DNA from: Squalus acanthias
Lineage: Eukaryota
Direction: 5' to 3'
Assembly (NCBI GenBank): GCA_030390025.1
Contig: CM059431.1
Span: 105,898,001-105,962,000 of the forward strand
Length of the DNA: 64,000 nucleotides
The position numbers and the translations under genes are program-made. Positions 35,319 to 48,650 of the stretch are shown piece after piece. How positions within the stretch are numbered: the first letter of the stretch is position 1; the number at the start of each line of letters is the position of its first letter. Below the pieces are notes generated by a model. It saw only the letters and a list, made by a program, of their open reading frames with translations, was not told where the DNA came from and made no database searches.

Positions 35319-36879
35319 GATTCCTTAAGAGAAACAGTCAGTGCTTTTGGAGTGGCAACAGAGGCCAATCGAATTGTGTGGCTTTACTGACACGATGACA
35401 GAACCACAAGCAATCCTGTGCTGTGCCCTCCTTGGATTGTATCTGTTAGTGACCACAGTGAACAACTCCTACACTATTGTAAGTTGGAACAGTGGGCCCA
35501 GAGCTGATTAAAGTGCACGGGCTCTTTAAAGATTCAAAGAAAAAACTGAAACAAAAAAAAAATCTTTCTCCTGATGGCTACAGTGCACAATCAGCAAGTT
35601 ATCACTGCGCGCTTCAATCGGCTTCCTTTCTCTCCAGCGTTTCGGCACAGAAACTGCTAGTTCATGCGCTACAGCTGAGTTAACTTTCTCAAGAAATTTT
35701 ACTCAAGTATAAATAGCCTCAAGCTTCATTTTTACATGACATCCTATTATTCGATTGGTAAAAAGCAGCAGAGTGAGGGAAGGTAATCCAATTTTCATTT
35801 ATTATCCCAATTGGACCAGCAGCTAATTTGTGCATTTGATAATTTGGGTTTTTGGTTGCCAATTAATGGGTCCATTTGATATGAAATCGTATAAAAAACA
35901 GTCACACTTGGACTATTGTGGACAAAGTGAGACCAGCTTGACTGAGCGCAAAGCTGCTGTGCAATCCATGCCTCCAAGGGCTTAGCAGCTCTCTCGTTCT
36001 CTCATCAAATGACATTCTCCTGACAGCCACATCATCTTTACAATTCTCTGCTTCATCTAACAAGAAGGGATTAAATATTCCCTCCGGTCACAAGTCGTAA
36101 TTCCGTGCAGCAACTAACAGAGTAGCATGAGATTCCCGCTGGTGGCTGAGTGGCATTCCTCTCCGAGGTCCCACAGGAAGTCAGCACAAAGTGATCGCCG
36201 CTAATCTCCTTCAGCTGCTGTTGACCCATTGCTGCCTGGTGCACTCGGTAATATAATAAACGAGATGGGTTTTACATGAAAAATGAAGTAATTAGCCGGC
36301 ATATAACATGGCCAATTACACAGAAAGCCTGAGTGAGTGCTGGCATGCATCTGTGTCAGATTGAAAGGGAGCCTTCAAGCATTAACAAGAGTGAGACCAC
36401 CAAAAAGCTGCTGTATTTAGGGAAAATAGACAGTGTCTAGATTGTCAGCACTCTTGAGTGTGTCATTTTTGGATGCAATGCTATTGCACTGTAGGTGCCA
36501 TTATTGGTCGAATTGTAAATCACAATGTCCTTCCTAACCATGAAAATGTCTATTAGCGATAAACATGAATCACAAACCGTTGAACTTGCATCAAAGACAG
36601 AAGCCACAACAAGATGAATATTTAAAATTGTTCATTTTTTTTTTAAAGATTTACAGGCTGGAAGAAAATTATGACATTTTTAAACTACTAGACTGGAGAG
36701 CAATGGAATAGAGAATAGCATCATCACTTATAACTTTTTAATACTTCCAGTATATCTCCTGTGGCATTTATTATGGTGAGTCAGAAGTTTGAAGGATTTG
36801 GAAAGAAGTTTGTAAGAGATCCCCTGAAACATAGTGAAGTATTCTTTGATTTTTCAGCATCTCACCTTGTTCCATTCCT

Positions 36880-38345
36880 CCAGTCTCTCTACTGCTCCCC
36901 ACCGCACCCCAAGTTTTCACTGAGATATCCTCACTCCTTTTCTCCTTCAGCCTCTGCACTGAGGAACTCCTCATCCTCGGTGACATTAATCTCCATCTCA
37001 ACTCCCCTTGCCCTCTCTCCTCCTGTCTTCCCTAAAGCTCTCCCTCCAAACAAACTCTCCTTCCCATATTCACAGCCACTCCCTTGACTTTACCATCTCA
37101 TGCGGCCTCTCTAATTCCATCCTCTCGATCATAGACAAGACCATCTGTGGCTACTTCCTTGTATTCCACACCACTCACAACCCCCTACCCCCTTCCAACA
37201 CCACTTCCATCTGCACGGGCTCCTGGAAAAAACTCTCTCCCAACCATCTAGCCATTTGCCCTCCATTAGTTATGACACTTCTGCAGCTGTCGATCTGATC
37301 AATCACTCCCTTGCCTCTGCCATTGAAGCTCCTGTCCACAGCAAAACCCTTACTTTCTCCCACCCTGGTTATTCTCCCTGGTACAGCCTCCATCTTCGCC
37401 CCCTCAAGTCCAAAGGGGGTGTTTACATAGAAACATAGAAGATAGGAGCAGGAGTAGGCCATTCGGCCCCTCGAGCCTGCTCCGCCATTCGATGAGATCA
37501 TGGCTGATCATCCAAACTCAGTACCCTGTACCTGCCTTCTCCCCATATCCCTTGATACCTTTAGCTTTAAGAAATATATCTAACTCATTCTTTAATATAT
37601 TTAATGACTTGGCCTCAACTACCTTCTGTGGTAGAGAATTCCACAGGTTCACCACTCTCTGGGTGAAGAAATTCTTCCTCATTTCTGTCCTAAATGGCTT
37701 ACCCCTTATCCTTAGACTATGACCCCTGGTTCTGGACTCTCGACCATCGGGAACATTCTTCCTGCATCTAGTTTGTCCAGACCTGTCAGAATTTTATATG
37801 TTTCGATGAGATTCCCCTCTCATTCTTCTATACTCCAGCGAGTATAAGCCCAATCGACCCAATCTCTCCTCATATGTCATTCCTGCCATCCCAGGTATCA
37901 GCCTTGTGAATCTTCGCTGAACTCCTTCCATGGCAAGAACATCCTTCCTCAGATAAGGCGACCAAAACTGCACACAGTACTCAAGTGTGGTCTCACCAAG
38001 GCCCTGTACAACTGCAGCAGGACATCCCTGTTCCTATACTCAAACCCTTTTGCTATGAAGGCCAACATACCATTTGCCTTCTTCACCGCCTGCTGCACCT
38101 GCATGCTTACCTTCAGCGACTGGTGCACAAGGACACCCAGGTTTGAACATATCTGGCATACAACTGGCTTAGCCAGCCATTGCCAATACGATTGGACCAC
38201 ATCAACCACTGTAGGGCTTTGCTCTCCGTTACCAAAACCAGGATCATCCTGCAATGCAAAGATAACCCCTGTCATCTTTTCTCCGCTATGATCCATTTCT
38301 TCAAACCCCCTCTCTCCTTCTCCCTCTGCACTCATCTCCAACAAC
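36880..38345 (+). mobile_element. Degraded L2 ORF2 internal fragment interrupted by a CR1
   Basis: C/T-rich L2-like sequence (ctcatcctcggtgacattaatctccatctc; ccccttgactttaccatctc). It resumes at 38142 after the CR1. Confidence 0.65.
37425..38141 (-). mobile_element. CR1 LINE, 3' 0.7 kb
   Basis: Close reverse complement of 53495-54218, with an (acatagaa)n tail. Confidence 0.92.
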
Positions 38346-38587
38346 AAGAGCAGGGGAGTTATCCCCGGTGTCCTGGCCAATGTTTATCCCTCAATCAACA
38401 TCACTGAAGATTGTCTGGTCATTATCACATTGCTGTTTGTGGGACCTTGCTGAGTGCAAATTGGCTGCTGCATTTCCCACATTACAACAGTGACCGCACT
38501 TCAAAAAGTACTTCATTGGCTGTAAAGCGCTTTGGGACATCCAGTGGTTGTGAAAGGCGCTATAGAAATGCAAGTCTTTCTTTCTTT
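38346..38587 (+). mobile_element. Deu-domain SINE, 3' half
   Basis: aagagcaggggagtt...aaatgcaagtctttc. Confidence 0.9.
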
Positions 38588-38759
38588 CCCATCAGTCAAA
38601 ACCTTCTCAAAACCCATCTTTTTTTGTCCAAGCCTTCAATCGCCCTGCCTAAACTCACTCCTCTGGCTCAGTGTTTTGTTCTTCATTCTAATACTCTTGT
38701 AAAGTTCCCTGGGATAGGTGGTATCAGTGTAAGCTGTTGTTGATGAAGAAAAACAACCA

Positions 38760-39440
38760 TTTCTTTAGTGGGATTGGGATCAAGAGATGAGGAGGTGGGC
38801 TTTGTAGACAGGATGAACTCGGAGAGGGCATGAGGAGGAATGACGAGAAGCTAGAGGAAGATGCAAGTTCAGGGATAGGTCCGAGGAGGAGGGGTGATGA
38901 GCCAGTATCAGTTGAATGGATATTATAAACCTTACTGACAAAAAATGCCGTGAGCTCTTCACATTTGTTGGAGGTGAGTGCAGTGGGAGAAGGAAAAAAG
39001 GGGTTTGGACAAATGGTATGTAGTGGAGAGAAGACGACGGTGGGGTTATATTTGCATTGCAGGATGATCCTGGTTTTTGGTAGCGGAGAGCAAAGCGGTT
39101 GATGTGATCCATGGGAGAGAAGTAGCGAGGCAGCAAAGTTTAGTGAAGCAGTTTGAGAGAGCAGGGATCTGGGAGGTTGAAAGCTTTTCCACCAATGGTG
39201 AGGTAGAGGGAAGATGGAATGCAAAGGAGGCCAGAGTCAGAAGACCAAAGGGTATGGGAGGAAAACTAAGCCTGGAGGTTGCGGAGGTAGAGTGTAGTGA
39301 AGCCATAGAAGGATTCGAGGACAAGGATGATGACTTTTAAGTTAATACATTGGTGGAACAGAGAATAAGGACAGCAGTGATGGACAAGCAGGATTTAGTT
39401 CAGAACAGGAAATGGGATTTTGGACGAGTTGGAGCTTGTG
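38760..39440 (-). mobile_element. Degraded L2 fragments
   Basis: Partly the reverse complement of 38190-38345, plus a diverged L2 3' region. Confidence 0.6.
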
Positions 39441-40004
39441 AAGTCCTCAGGAGTTTCTCACCGGTTAATGGGTGTGCATTTGCTTCATAAAAGAGTATTC
39501 TTCGAGATTGTTATAAAACATTAATGTGTAAAACTTCAATATTGTTTAACGAGGGAGCACATCCTTTGAGACTGTAATCTCTCAAATCTGTCACATCCTA
39601 ATGGCTTGCAATTTTATGAATGTGTGAAGGAGTCTTAGGACGGCACTCACTTAATACAGAGTGTGCTTTTAACAAATATTGTGAAATTTTATGATACTCC
39701 TTTACAAGCTGATCTTATGTCAAGTGTTTTTGTTTTTAGAGCTGCATGCTAATGGTGGATCTAGTGCTGTTGCCTCTCACTACACGAAAGTCTATGAAAT
39801 ACAAACCTGATAATACAGAAGGATGGAAAAGGATCTTTCCTCTTCGCCCATCTAGTTTCTTTGCAACATGATGTGTGTTATAAGTGCCTTGAAGAAACAT
39901 GACGATCATGTATTAAAGGAGAAAGGAAGGCAAAGGGAAATGCTTTCTGTACAGCACACGTTTCTTTCTATAATGTGAGGTCACCATGGCATCTCAGCTC
40001 TTAG

Positions 40005-40905
40005 CTTTCGGATGAGACGTTAATCCGAGGCCCCGTCTGCTCTCTCAAGTGGACGTAAAAGATCCCATGGCACTATTTCGAAGAAGAGCAGGGGCGTTCT
40101 ACCATGTGTCCTGGACAATATTTATCCCTCAATCAGCATCACTAAAAAAAAATATCTAGTCATTATCACATTGCTGTTTGTGGGACCTTGCTGTGCGCAA
40201 ATTGGCCGCCATGTTTCCTACATTTCAACAGTGACTATGGCAAACACTGACAATCACTGTATAAAGGTGAGCTCTTGCACCCAGGCTCTCCAATGACTTC
40301 CTCCATAGGTTGGAACAGATGGCAGCTGCAGGTGAGGTGACAGAAGCGATCTGTCACTGGTGAGAGTGGTTCTCCCAATGAGGTGGCACTAGATATCGTT
40401 TTCAAAACTTGTTACCTAAAAATGAATTTCCCAACATTTTCTTACCTCTGAAACTCACCAGTGCACCATTGGATCCTTCACACCACTTCTGCAGCTGTCA
40501 TCAATGCAGAAACATGACAGCAGACTCACAACACGCCACACTTACCTGGCATGGTGTCCGGATGTCAGGGAACCCGAGGCAGAATCGGCAAAATTACTCT
40601 CAACTACCTGTTAACAGGCAGGTAATTGGCTTTAATCCTCTTCCCGCCGCTAGGTGTCGGATCCATGCGCAAATCGGGGACCCGACACTTTGGGGAAAAT
40701 TGTTTGGAGGCGGGTTGAGGGCGGGATCGGAACCCGCCGTCAATCAAAACGATTTTAACCTTTGACCCGCCTCCAAACCCGCCCTCTCAGTGCCGATAAA
40801 ACCACGGCCTAAATTTCCAGAAGTACTTCATTGACTGTAAAGCGTTTTGGGATGTCCGGTGGTCGTGAAAAGCGCTGTAGAAATGCAAGCCTTTCCTTCT
40901 TCTTC
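40005..40905 (+). mobile_element. Deu-domain SINE split by a Harbinger-like insert (~40239-40810)
   Basis: The SINE stops at caacagtgacta and resumes at ttccagaagtacttcattg. The insert ends GATAAAACCACGGCC-TAA. Confidence 0.75.
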
Positions 40906-41729
40906 CTTACTTTCAGAAAATATGCAAGATTGAGCTGGCTTTTAAAGAGTTTAGTGTTCAAGACTGAAGGTCAGAAACAGTCCCTTTGAACACACTATTG
41001 TTTAACCTACGTAAGGAATTAAATTCAGGTTTAGCCCTGGAGAAAAACTTGCTACATTCAATAAAATCACAAGTGATTTTATAATTTACTAACAGACAAT
41101 TCTTTCCTTGAACTAGGGGGTCACTGGATAATAAACTGCTTTATTTCATCAAAGGTGGAAGGTTTTCATTTTTTTTAAAGAATCTGAAAAGCTGACTTCA
41201 GCTTTGACTGCAAATTCTGTAACCATTTGTTTTTGACCTCCCCATACAAGTTGCAGCAGCAGTTGAAGTGCAAAATGGTTTTATATTGTATAAAATCCAT
41301 TTGCAAAGTTGCCTTCAGCTAAGTTCATATGCTTGATGTCTCACTCGTAATATTCCTTGAACCTGCTGGGATGTCAGAATCGAGTGAGGATCAGACAACT
41401 GCGTGTGGCATAGAAGGACAGATGGAAATTTGTTGGTAGCAGGCAGACACGAGACAATCAAGGTTTGGATCCTCTGATACTATCTGCTGTTCATTCTGAC
41501 AACACTGGTGTCTTACTATTATCTGTAGCACTGCTGTGCTTGATCAATGCTCAGCCTGATGTCTCTTGTACATACCCTCTGGCTCAATCTGCTTGTTATA
41601 CCTTTTTCACTGGTGTTCTAACTGTCAATCTGACAGCTGGCATTGATCACGTTATCATATCTATTGATATGCAGGAACTTCTATTGTTGAGCGCCCATAG
41701 TTCCGCGTTTTAATTCTACATCATATGTT

Positions 41730-42190
41730 GTGTCAGCCGTGGCTCAGTGGGTAGCACGCTCGCCTCTGAGTCAGATACGTCATGGGTTAAAGTCCCACTC
41801 CAGAGACTTGAGCACAAAATCCAGGCCGACACTCCAGTGCAGTACTGGGGGAGTGCTGCACTGTCGGAGGTGCCATCTTTCGGATGAGACGTTAAACCGA
41901 GGCCCCGTCTGCCCTCTTAGGTGGACATAAAAGATCCCATGGCACTATTTTGAAGAGTAGGGGAGTTCTCCCGGCTGTCCTGGCCTATATTTATCCCTCA
42001 ATCAACATCACTGAAAACATCTGGTCATTATCACATTGCTGTTTGTGGGAGCTTGCTGTGCTCAAATTGGCTGCCGCGTTTCCTACATTACAACAGGGAC
42101 TACACTTCAAATAGTACTTCATTGGCTGTGAAGCACTTTGGGACATCCTGAGGTGGTGAAAGGCATTGTATAAATACAAGTCTTTCTTTC
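41730..42190 (+). mobile_element. Deu-domain SINE, full length
   Basis: Complete head, core and tail. Confidence 0.92.
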
Positions 42191-42631
42191 GAATTGTGTC
42201 AGGTCCATTATAAGTTCATTTGAGCTGAAGTAGATGCATTGTGAATGGAGTCTGATCGACCTCATTAGCAGATCACGTTCGAGCATTACCAGGCTGGTAC
42301 CAGTAATGAGTTTCAGGTGCATGTGACTGGAGTAAATCGTCCACACAGAGTTTCAGTTGAAACTCAAAGTAGGCTATATGTCACAAGTGGGTGGAAGTGA
42401 AGTGGCAGCAGTGGGCAATCCTTCCTTGTTGTTGGATTGCACTTGCAGTACAATAGCAGCCCATTATACCGCATGAATTACATTCTGTCAATTTCACCTT
42501 CATTTCATTCCAAGCAGACCAGAATGGTGCAAAACTGTATCTGCTCCGGTGACGGAGATGAAATTTCGCCGTGTGGGAAATAATCCACATTCCTACCACT
42601 TTGCAGTCCAGTGTATTAATACACCGGTAGC

Positions 42632-42777
42632 CAATGATCCCGCTAAGCTGTGTGGCCGCGCAGTAATGGGAAAGGTCCCGCGCAGGCCGCTCACCGGCTT
42701 TTCCATTGTAAGTACTGGGCACACGCAGAAATTTAAAGGGGCCGCGCAGAACGAGGCGCAGCTCACAGGGAACGTTG
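42632..42777. mobile_element. Short hAT-like MITE (family C)
   Basis: TIRs CAATGATCCC / GGGAACGTTG. Approximate 8-bp TSD CCGGTAGC/ATGGTAGC. Confidence 0.75.
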
Positions 42778-42949
42778 ATGGTAGCACTCGCAACTGTGAT
42801 CCAATCAACTCCGCATAGTTGGGCAACAATTTAACTCTCACATTAACGCGAGGTATCTGTCAACTCTGCATAGTTGGACACAGTGCACAGATAAGAATGG
42901 GAGTAGAACAGAAGGCAGTAACAGTCCTCGGGAAGGAGTAGGGCACCAT

Positions 42950-43275
42950 ATTACATACATACAAACATACGAATTAGGAGCAGGAGTAGGCCACTCGGCC
43001 CCTCGAGCCTGCTCCGCCACTCAATAAGATCATGGCCGATCTGATTACTCCACATTCCCGCCTACCCCCGATAACCTTTCGCCCCCTTGTTTATCAAGAA
43101 TCTATCTACCTCTGCCTTAAAAATATTCAAAGACTCTGCTTCTACCGCCCTCTGAGGAAGAGAGTTCCAAAGATTCACGACCCTCTGTGAGAAAAAATTT
43201 CTCCTCATCTCTGTCATAAATGGGCGACCCCTTATATTTAAACAGTGACCCCCTAGTTCTAGATTCTCCCACAAA
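42950..43275 (-). mobile_element. CR1 LINE 3' end
   Basis: Minus-strand ORF contains EMRRNFFSQRVVNLWNSLPQRAVEA. Confidence 0.9.
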
Positions 43276-43299
43276 GGGAGAATCTAGAAATATTCAAAG

Positions 43300-43715
43300 A
43301 TGTTAGCCACGGCTCAGTGGTAGAACTCTCTAAGCCAGAAGGTCATAGGTTCAAACCCCACTTGGGAGACTTTACCACATGATCTACACTAACCCTCCAG
43401 TGCAGTGCTGAGGGAGCGCTGCACTGTCGGAGGCGTCGTCTTTCAGATGAGATGTTTAACCAAGGCCCCAGTCTGCACTCTCAGATGGACGTGAAAGATC
43501 CCGTGGCACTATGTGAACTGGGGATTTCTCCCGATGCCCTGACCAACATTTATCCCTCAACATTGGTGCTGGTGGGACCTTGCTGTGTGCAAACTGACTG
43601 CCACATTTGCCTACATTTCAACAGCGACTACACTTCAGAGGCACTTCATTGGCCGTGAAGCACTTTGGGTCATCCTAAGGCTGTGACAGACGCTATATAA
43701 ATGCAAGTTGTTCCT
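43300..43715 (+). mobile_element. Older Deu-domain SINE
   Basis: Diverged head, core and tail. Confidence 0.82.
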
Positions 43716-45019
43716 TTTTTTTCGAATCCATGTGATGTGCCACTAGACTGTCCAATAGGACTGTGGCTTCTGGCAGTAATCATTGTACCTCTGCCATATT
43801 AGAGCTTACAAGAGCCTACAGACCGAAAGCTATATTTGGATGCTTCCGGCTGCTGTGGACACTTATCCACAATATAATTCTGTTGTAGAGGTGACACAAT
43901 CCAGCTATCAAACTGACCAAGTCAAACTACTGAAAGGACGACAAGCAGGAATACAGTCAAACACACGTAACAGCATTCACTGACTTCCCAACAAGTTCAT
44001 TGCGCAGCACTTCGAGATGTTTGAATGTGATTGGGTGATGTATAAATGCAATTTTTATTCATTATTTGAAACTATATCGTGTGAACTCCATTTCCTTCTC
44101 GCATGAGAAATGCATCCTGATAGTTATTAGCAGCCTGTCGCAAGTCAGAGCTAACACAGGCATGAGCTGGAGGCGTAGATTCTATATTTATAGCTGAATC
44201 ACAAGAAAATGTATCAGATCATTAACAAACACGCATACGCATAAAAGATCATCTTTCAGAAGAGAATTAAAATCCCTTAGAACTTTTATGGCGCTTGCTT
44301 CAATCTTACGGCATATGTAGGCTGAACGTTCACACAGATCTTGAGTCCTGTTTCACTTCGTTATTCATTATTGGAAATTGCCTTTTGACAATCATAATAT
44401 GGGCAGTGAAAAGCCTTGTTCAGTTTTTAACATATTATTGAGGGGAATCAAGTGGGAAATTGTGCACGGTAAGTTAATTCCACCGTGTGTTTACTGTATA
44501 AATAACAAAGAAACAGATTGAAGCTACACCTTCTAGGATGCCAGTTTTTGAACTTGATAACAATTATTCTAACTTGAGGAGGTGCAGAGTTTGTCTTAAG
44601 CAAATCAGACTTCCAACGTGCAATGGCAATGGCGCATTGGGCAGACATCTTGGAAACAGGACGAATCTTGCAAGCGCACTGGACTACAACTGACTTGTGC
44701 GATTTGACCATGTGCAGAGCAGCACGAGGAGGAGAATGCAACAACAGAGTAAAAGTCAGCAAACTACTGCTTCTCTCCACAGTCCAGAAACGAGCGTGAT
44801 ATTAGCATACAGCCTTTGATGCATTCTAATGTCATTCCTTTCTTTGCTATTTTAGCATCGGTATTAATGCATTTGAAGTAAATGGGTTGTCACCTCCCTT
44901 AAAACAGCAAACAAAGCAATATCGTCCGAATGTGTTGTGTTTGTCTAAGAACGCTCCCATGGAGCACCTCTGGGACGCTTTACGACGTTAAAGGCGCTTT
45001 ATCAATGCAGGTTTTTAAT

Positions 45020-45769
45020 GGGCCTGAATTTGCGGTCGGAGGTTTCCCGTGGGGAAATGCCTCCGATCCGCAAGTAAAGTCCGCGCTGACCTTCGGCCTC
45101 GGGATCCACGGAGACTCGCGCTCATGGGCCTCTGTGCCTAGACATGCGCAGAGGTCCACGTATCCCAGGGGCGCAGGCGGTTCGCAAGCGTCGCTGGGGT
45201 CACGTGGACCGGCCCAACCAATGAAAGAAGGGGATCCCCATTATGCTTATGGGGATTCCGTACATACAGAAGCTCCATAAGCACGAACGGAGATCACATA
45301 AAAAACACATTTACATACCAAATAAATTTTAAAATTACATATTTAAAATTAATTAAAATACAATTTAATTAAACATTTAAAACAAAAATTTTATCTTTTG
45401 AAAAATAAAAGTTTTAAAGGGGCTACAAATAACCTTAACTTATTTTACAGGTGTTTTAATGTTTGAATAATTGAAAAAAAAATTTTTTTTATTCATTTAA
45501 ACTCTTACGCTGGTAAAAGCAGGCCTTACTCCAGTTTTTACCAGGCGTACGAATTTCAGGGGCATTCGCTGGGCAGTAGTTGGGCAAATAGCCCGACTCT
45601 CCGCCCGCGGAGGCCCTTTTCCCAGGAATGGCTACGATCTGTCAAGAGGATTCTCTTGACAGATCGCAAGTTCTGGGTTTACGCGCATGCGCTTCGCACG
45701 CAAAAACCCGGAACTTGCGGGGCCCTTACAGGCGCGTACGCACCTCGTACGCTCAGGAAAATACGGGCC
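45020..45769. mobile_element. Family A-related TIR transposon (subfamily A2)
   Basis: Ends GGGCCTGAATTT / AAATACGGGCC, flanks AAT/ATT, AT-rich core. Inverted homologue at ~58215-58916. Confidence 0.78.
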
Positions 45770-46284
45770 ATTGTTTTTATACGCTAACACAGCAAAGAGT
45801 GATTTCTGGGCTCATGCTTCTATCTCCAGCAAGGAAGCACCAACCACCTCATTCATTTAGCCATTCCTATAGAGAACATTACTAATCAATAGCGATGAGC
45901 TGTCAATGGAAATTTCCAAAATATGAAGTGGGCAACTTTGAATTCATTTGGAAAACTCAAATGGGGATATGGGGATTTCTGGTTAAGATGATTTGATGTC
46001 CAAGAGCAGAGAGATTAACATAGTTTTCCATTTATGTTCAAGATCTCGGAGTGGAAAAGTAAGTCTGAAATCTGAAATGTATTCATAACATAGCTGAAGT
46101 CTTTAGCAAGTTGTTGCCTACTTCATCCAATTTGACACTTTGCTACCTGAAGGATTATGCAATTTGAATTTAATAAATTTATTAAGAAAAACACGTCAAT
46201 ATTTTTTGCCTGCAAACCAGCCAGGAAAGCCAATTGATCAGTCAATGCTCCCATCACCGGTTCCCATTTCTTGGGTGACACATT

Positions 46285-47027
46285 GGCCCGAAAATTAGAC
46301 CTAATACGCGAGAGTATGCACTGTGTACTCTCGCGTTTTAGGTCTCCAATTGCCGGTTTCCAGCATGCACTGCGCATGCGCGGGAAACCGGCACTTCGTG
46401 AACTCAAAAGGGGGTGGTTCCTAAGTGAACCGCGTGTGCGCTACAGGCTGCGCGCACGCAGTGCACTTAGTGCTTTGAACGCGCAGGTAAGCATGGAAGA
46501 TTTTGCACATAAAGAAAGGAGGCGTAAGACCCTCTTTTAACAAGGTAAGTAGTTAATTAAGTATTATTTAAAAAAATTTCAACAGGTTTATCTTTTTTAG
46601 AGACTTTAAAGAAAGGTAAGTTTATTTTTATAACTTTTAAAAAGATTTTAAAAATTTTCAAAAATTTAATTTTTTGTTTAAAGTGGTTAATTTATTTAAC
46701 TATACTTATTTTATTAATGTGATGGCTTTTTTTAAAAATTTAATTGAGGTTTAGCTGTTCTTTTGGGGGGGTATAGATTCATAGCTTTGACAGCCCTTGC
46801 TGTCAAAACTATGAATGAAAGATGGTGTGCTGCCATTGGCTCTAACTGAATCACGTGATCCCAGAGCTCGCACGAACTAACTCCGTCTCTGGGATACGCA
46901 CACACTGCACAGCTGCAGCCTTGAAACTAAAGTTCGTGTGAGCCCGGAGGGAAAAGGTAGGCGCGCAGTGAGATATCGCGGGGAAGCCTTACCCCCGCAG
47001 GAACGCTCCGTGTTTAATTTCTGGGCC
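46285..47027. mobile_element. Family A TIR transposon, copy 3
   Basis: TIRs GGCCCGAAAATTA / TAATTTCTGGGCC with TSD ATT/ATT. Confidence 0.85.
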
Positions 47028-47953
47028 ATTCTCTCCTGAATCCTTACTCTGAAACATTCTCAACTCTCAGAAGTAATACAGTTATGTACAAGATTTCCTT
47101 TCCCTCTGCCTGACCATATTCTCACCTGGAGTCACCGACAAAGTCATTAGGTTTCCTATCCTTTTAGCTAACTGTCTCCATGATTTCCACCCATTACTTT
47201 GCCTCCAGACATTTCTCACTCTTCATTTCAAAAAAAAAAGCACCATTGAAAATGCATCCAAAAATACATGTCCAGTATCTCCGTGCCCGGCCCCCGTCCC
47301 CCCACCACCCCCCCCCACCCTGCTCACCACATACCTTTAAAAAAAATAACTAAGGCCCTGAGACTTCAGTTGGATGATCTTGGTGCCCATTCCAGTCTGT
47401 TGAAAGAATGGCCTCACCACTGCCCATGTTCATACCACACAAAAACTGGTATCAAACCTGAGAATTTGTCGTGCTTTATATTTATATTACTTCACTCATT
47501 CTTCAGTTTAGCAATTATTATTTGGTTTTCCGTTCCATCCAATTTGCGTTAAAACTTTTCACTTTTGTTCTTCATTTTTAGCTGTCCCTTTGTGCACACT
47601 TTGCGGTAGACTCAATTAAAACAGCCTATTATTATGCCAAAAGATCAAGATTTAAATCCAAAATAATTTTCAAAGTTTATATGCAATTTCATGTAATATT
47701 AAAGTTCCTATTTCTTATTCAGAGTATTTCAATATTTTTCGACCACTCAAGAGCTGATGATCCTTTGTGAAGTTTTTCTTTTGAAAGGTTTCTGGGTAAA
47801 GTCACATCAAATTGGAATTTCAGTGGGAATAGTTCAATTGAATATATTGCAAGAATAAAAACGACTCTTTACCTAAACATTAGCTGAGAGTTTAGTGACT
47901 TACACAGCACGGGATAGAAATTATTGTGGACAATGTTATCATTCAAACACTTA

Positions 47954-48650
47954 GGGGGAAAAATTCGGCATCGACCATTTTGGGGCACTAACATTAGCGC
48001 CGGCGACCGCAAAATTGAGTTTTAGCGCCCCAAGAGGGAAGTGGAGTGCTAAATCAAGTGGGGTGGTACCGGCAGAGCGCGAGACAATTTTCTGCGCATT
48101 CCAGGCGGCACTCTTCAATCACAGAGGCTGCTTCCCTCGCTTAAAGGGAAGGGTCAATACTGCACCAGAAGCTTTTTCGGCACTGCAGTCTTGCAAGGCG
48201 ACCGCCAATACAGCCCCAAACACTGTCACCAAGTGGAGGGCTTGGACATCCTGCAACAGTGAAAGAGTGTAAACTTTGCGCAGGCACCAGACTGGTCCAA
48301 ATAATAATGGTTCAGCGATCTGAAAAGCATTCTCTTTAATTACCGCTCCTGAAGTGGCCATCCGACTTCAGACGCCTCCTCCTGCTGACGTTGTCAGCGT
48401 GAGGTGATAATGCAGGGGGCGAAAGTCAATTTCACATCCGGGGCGGTAACGGGGCGCTGCGCACTTGATGACGTCACGATCTACGGGGCGCTAGGGACCA
48501 AGGCGGTAAGTATTAGCGCCAGCGCAAGACCGCCAGGGAAGTTTGTGGGCATTGCTGATTTTGCTGTGCCCGGTCGGTAACTCCTTAGCGCCCCGTTACC
48601 ACCCCCCGCGGGCGCTAAGGGGAGGCGCAAAGCAGCTGAATTTCTAGCCC
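47954..48650. mobile_element. Family B PIF/Harbinger-like MITE, copy 2
   Basis: TIRs GGGGGAAAAATTC / GAATTTCTAGCCC with TSD TTA/TTA, the canonical PIF/Harbinger TWA target. Confidence 0.8.
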
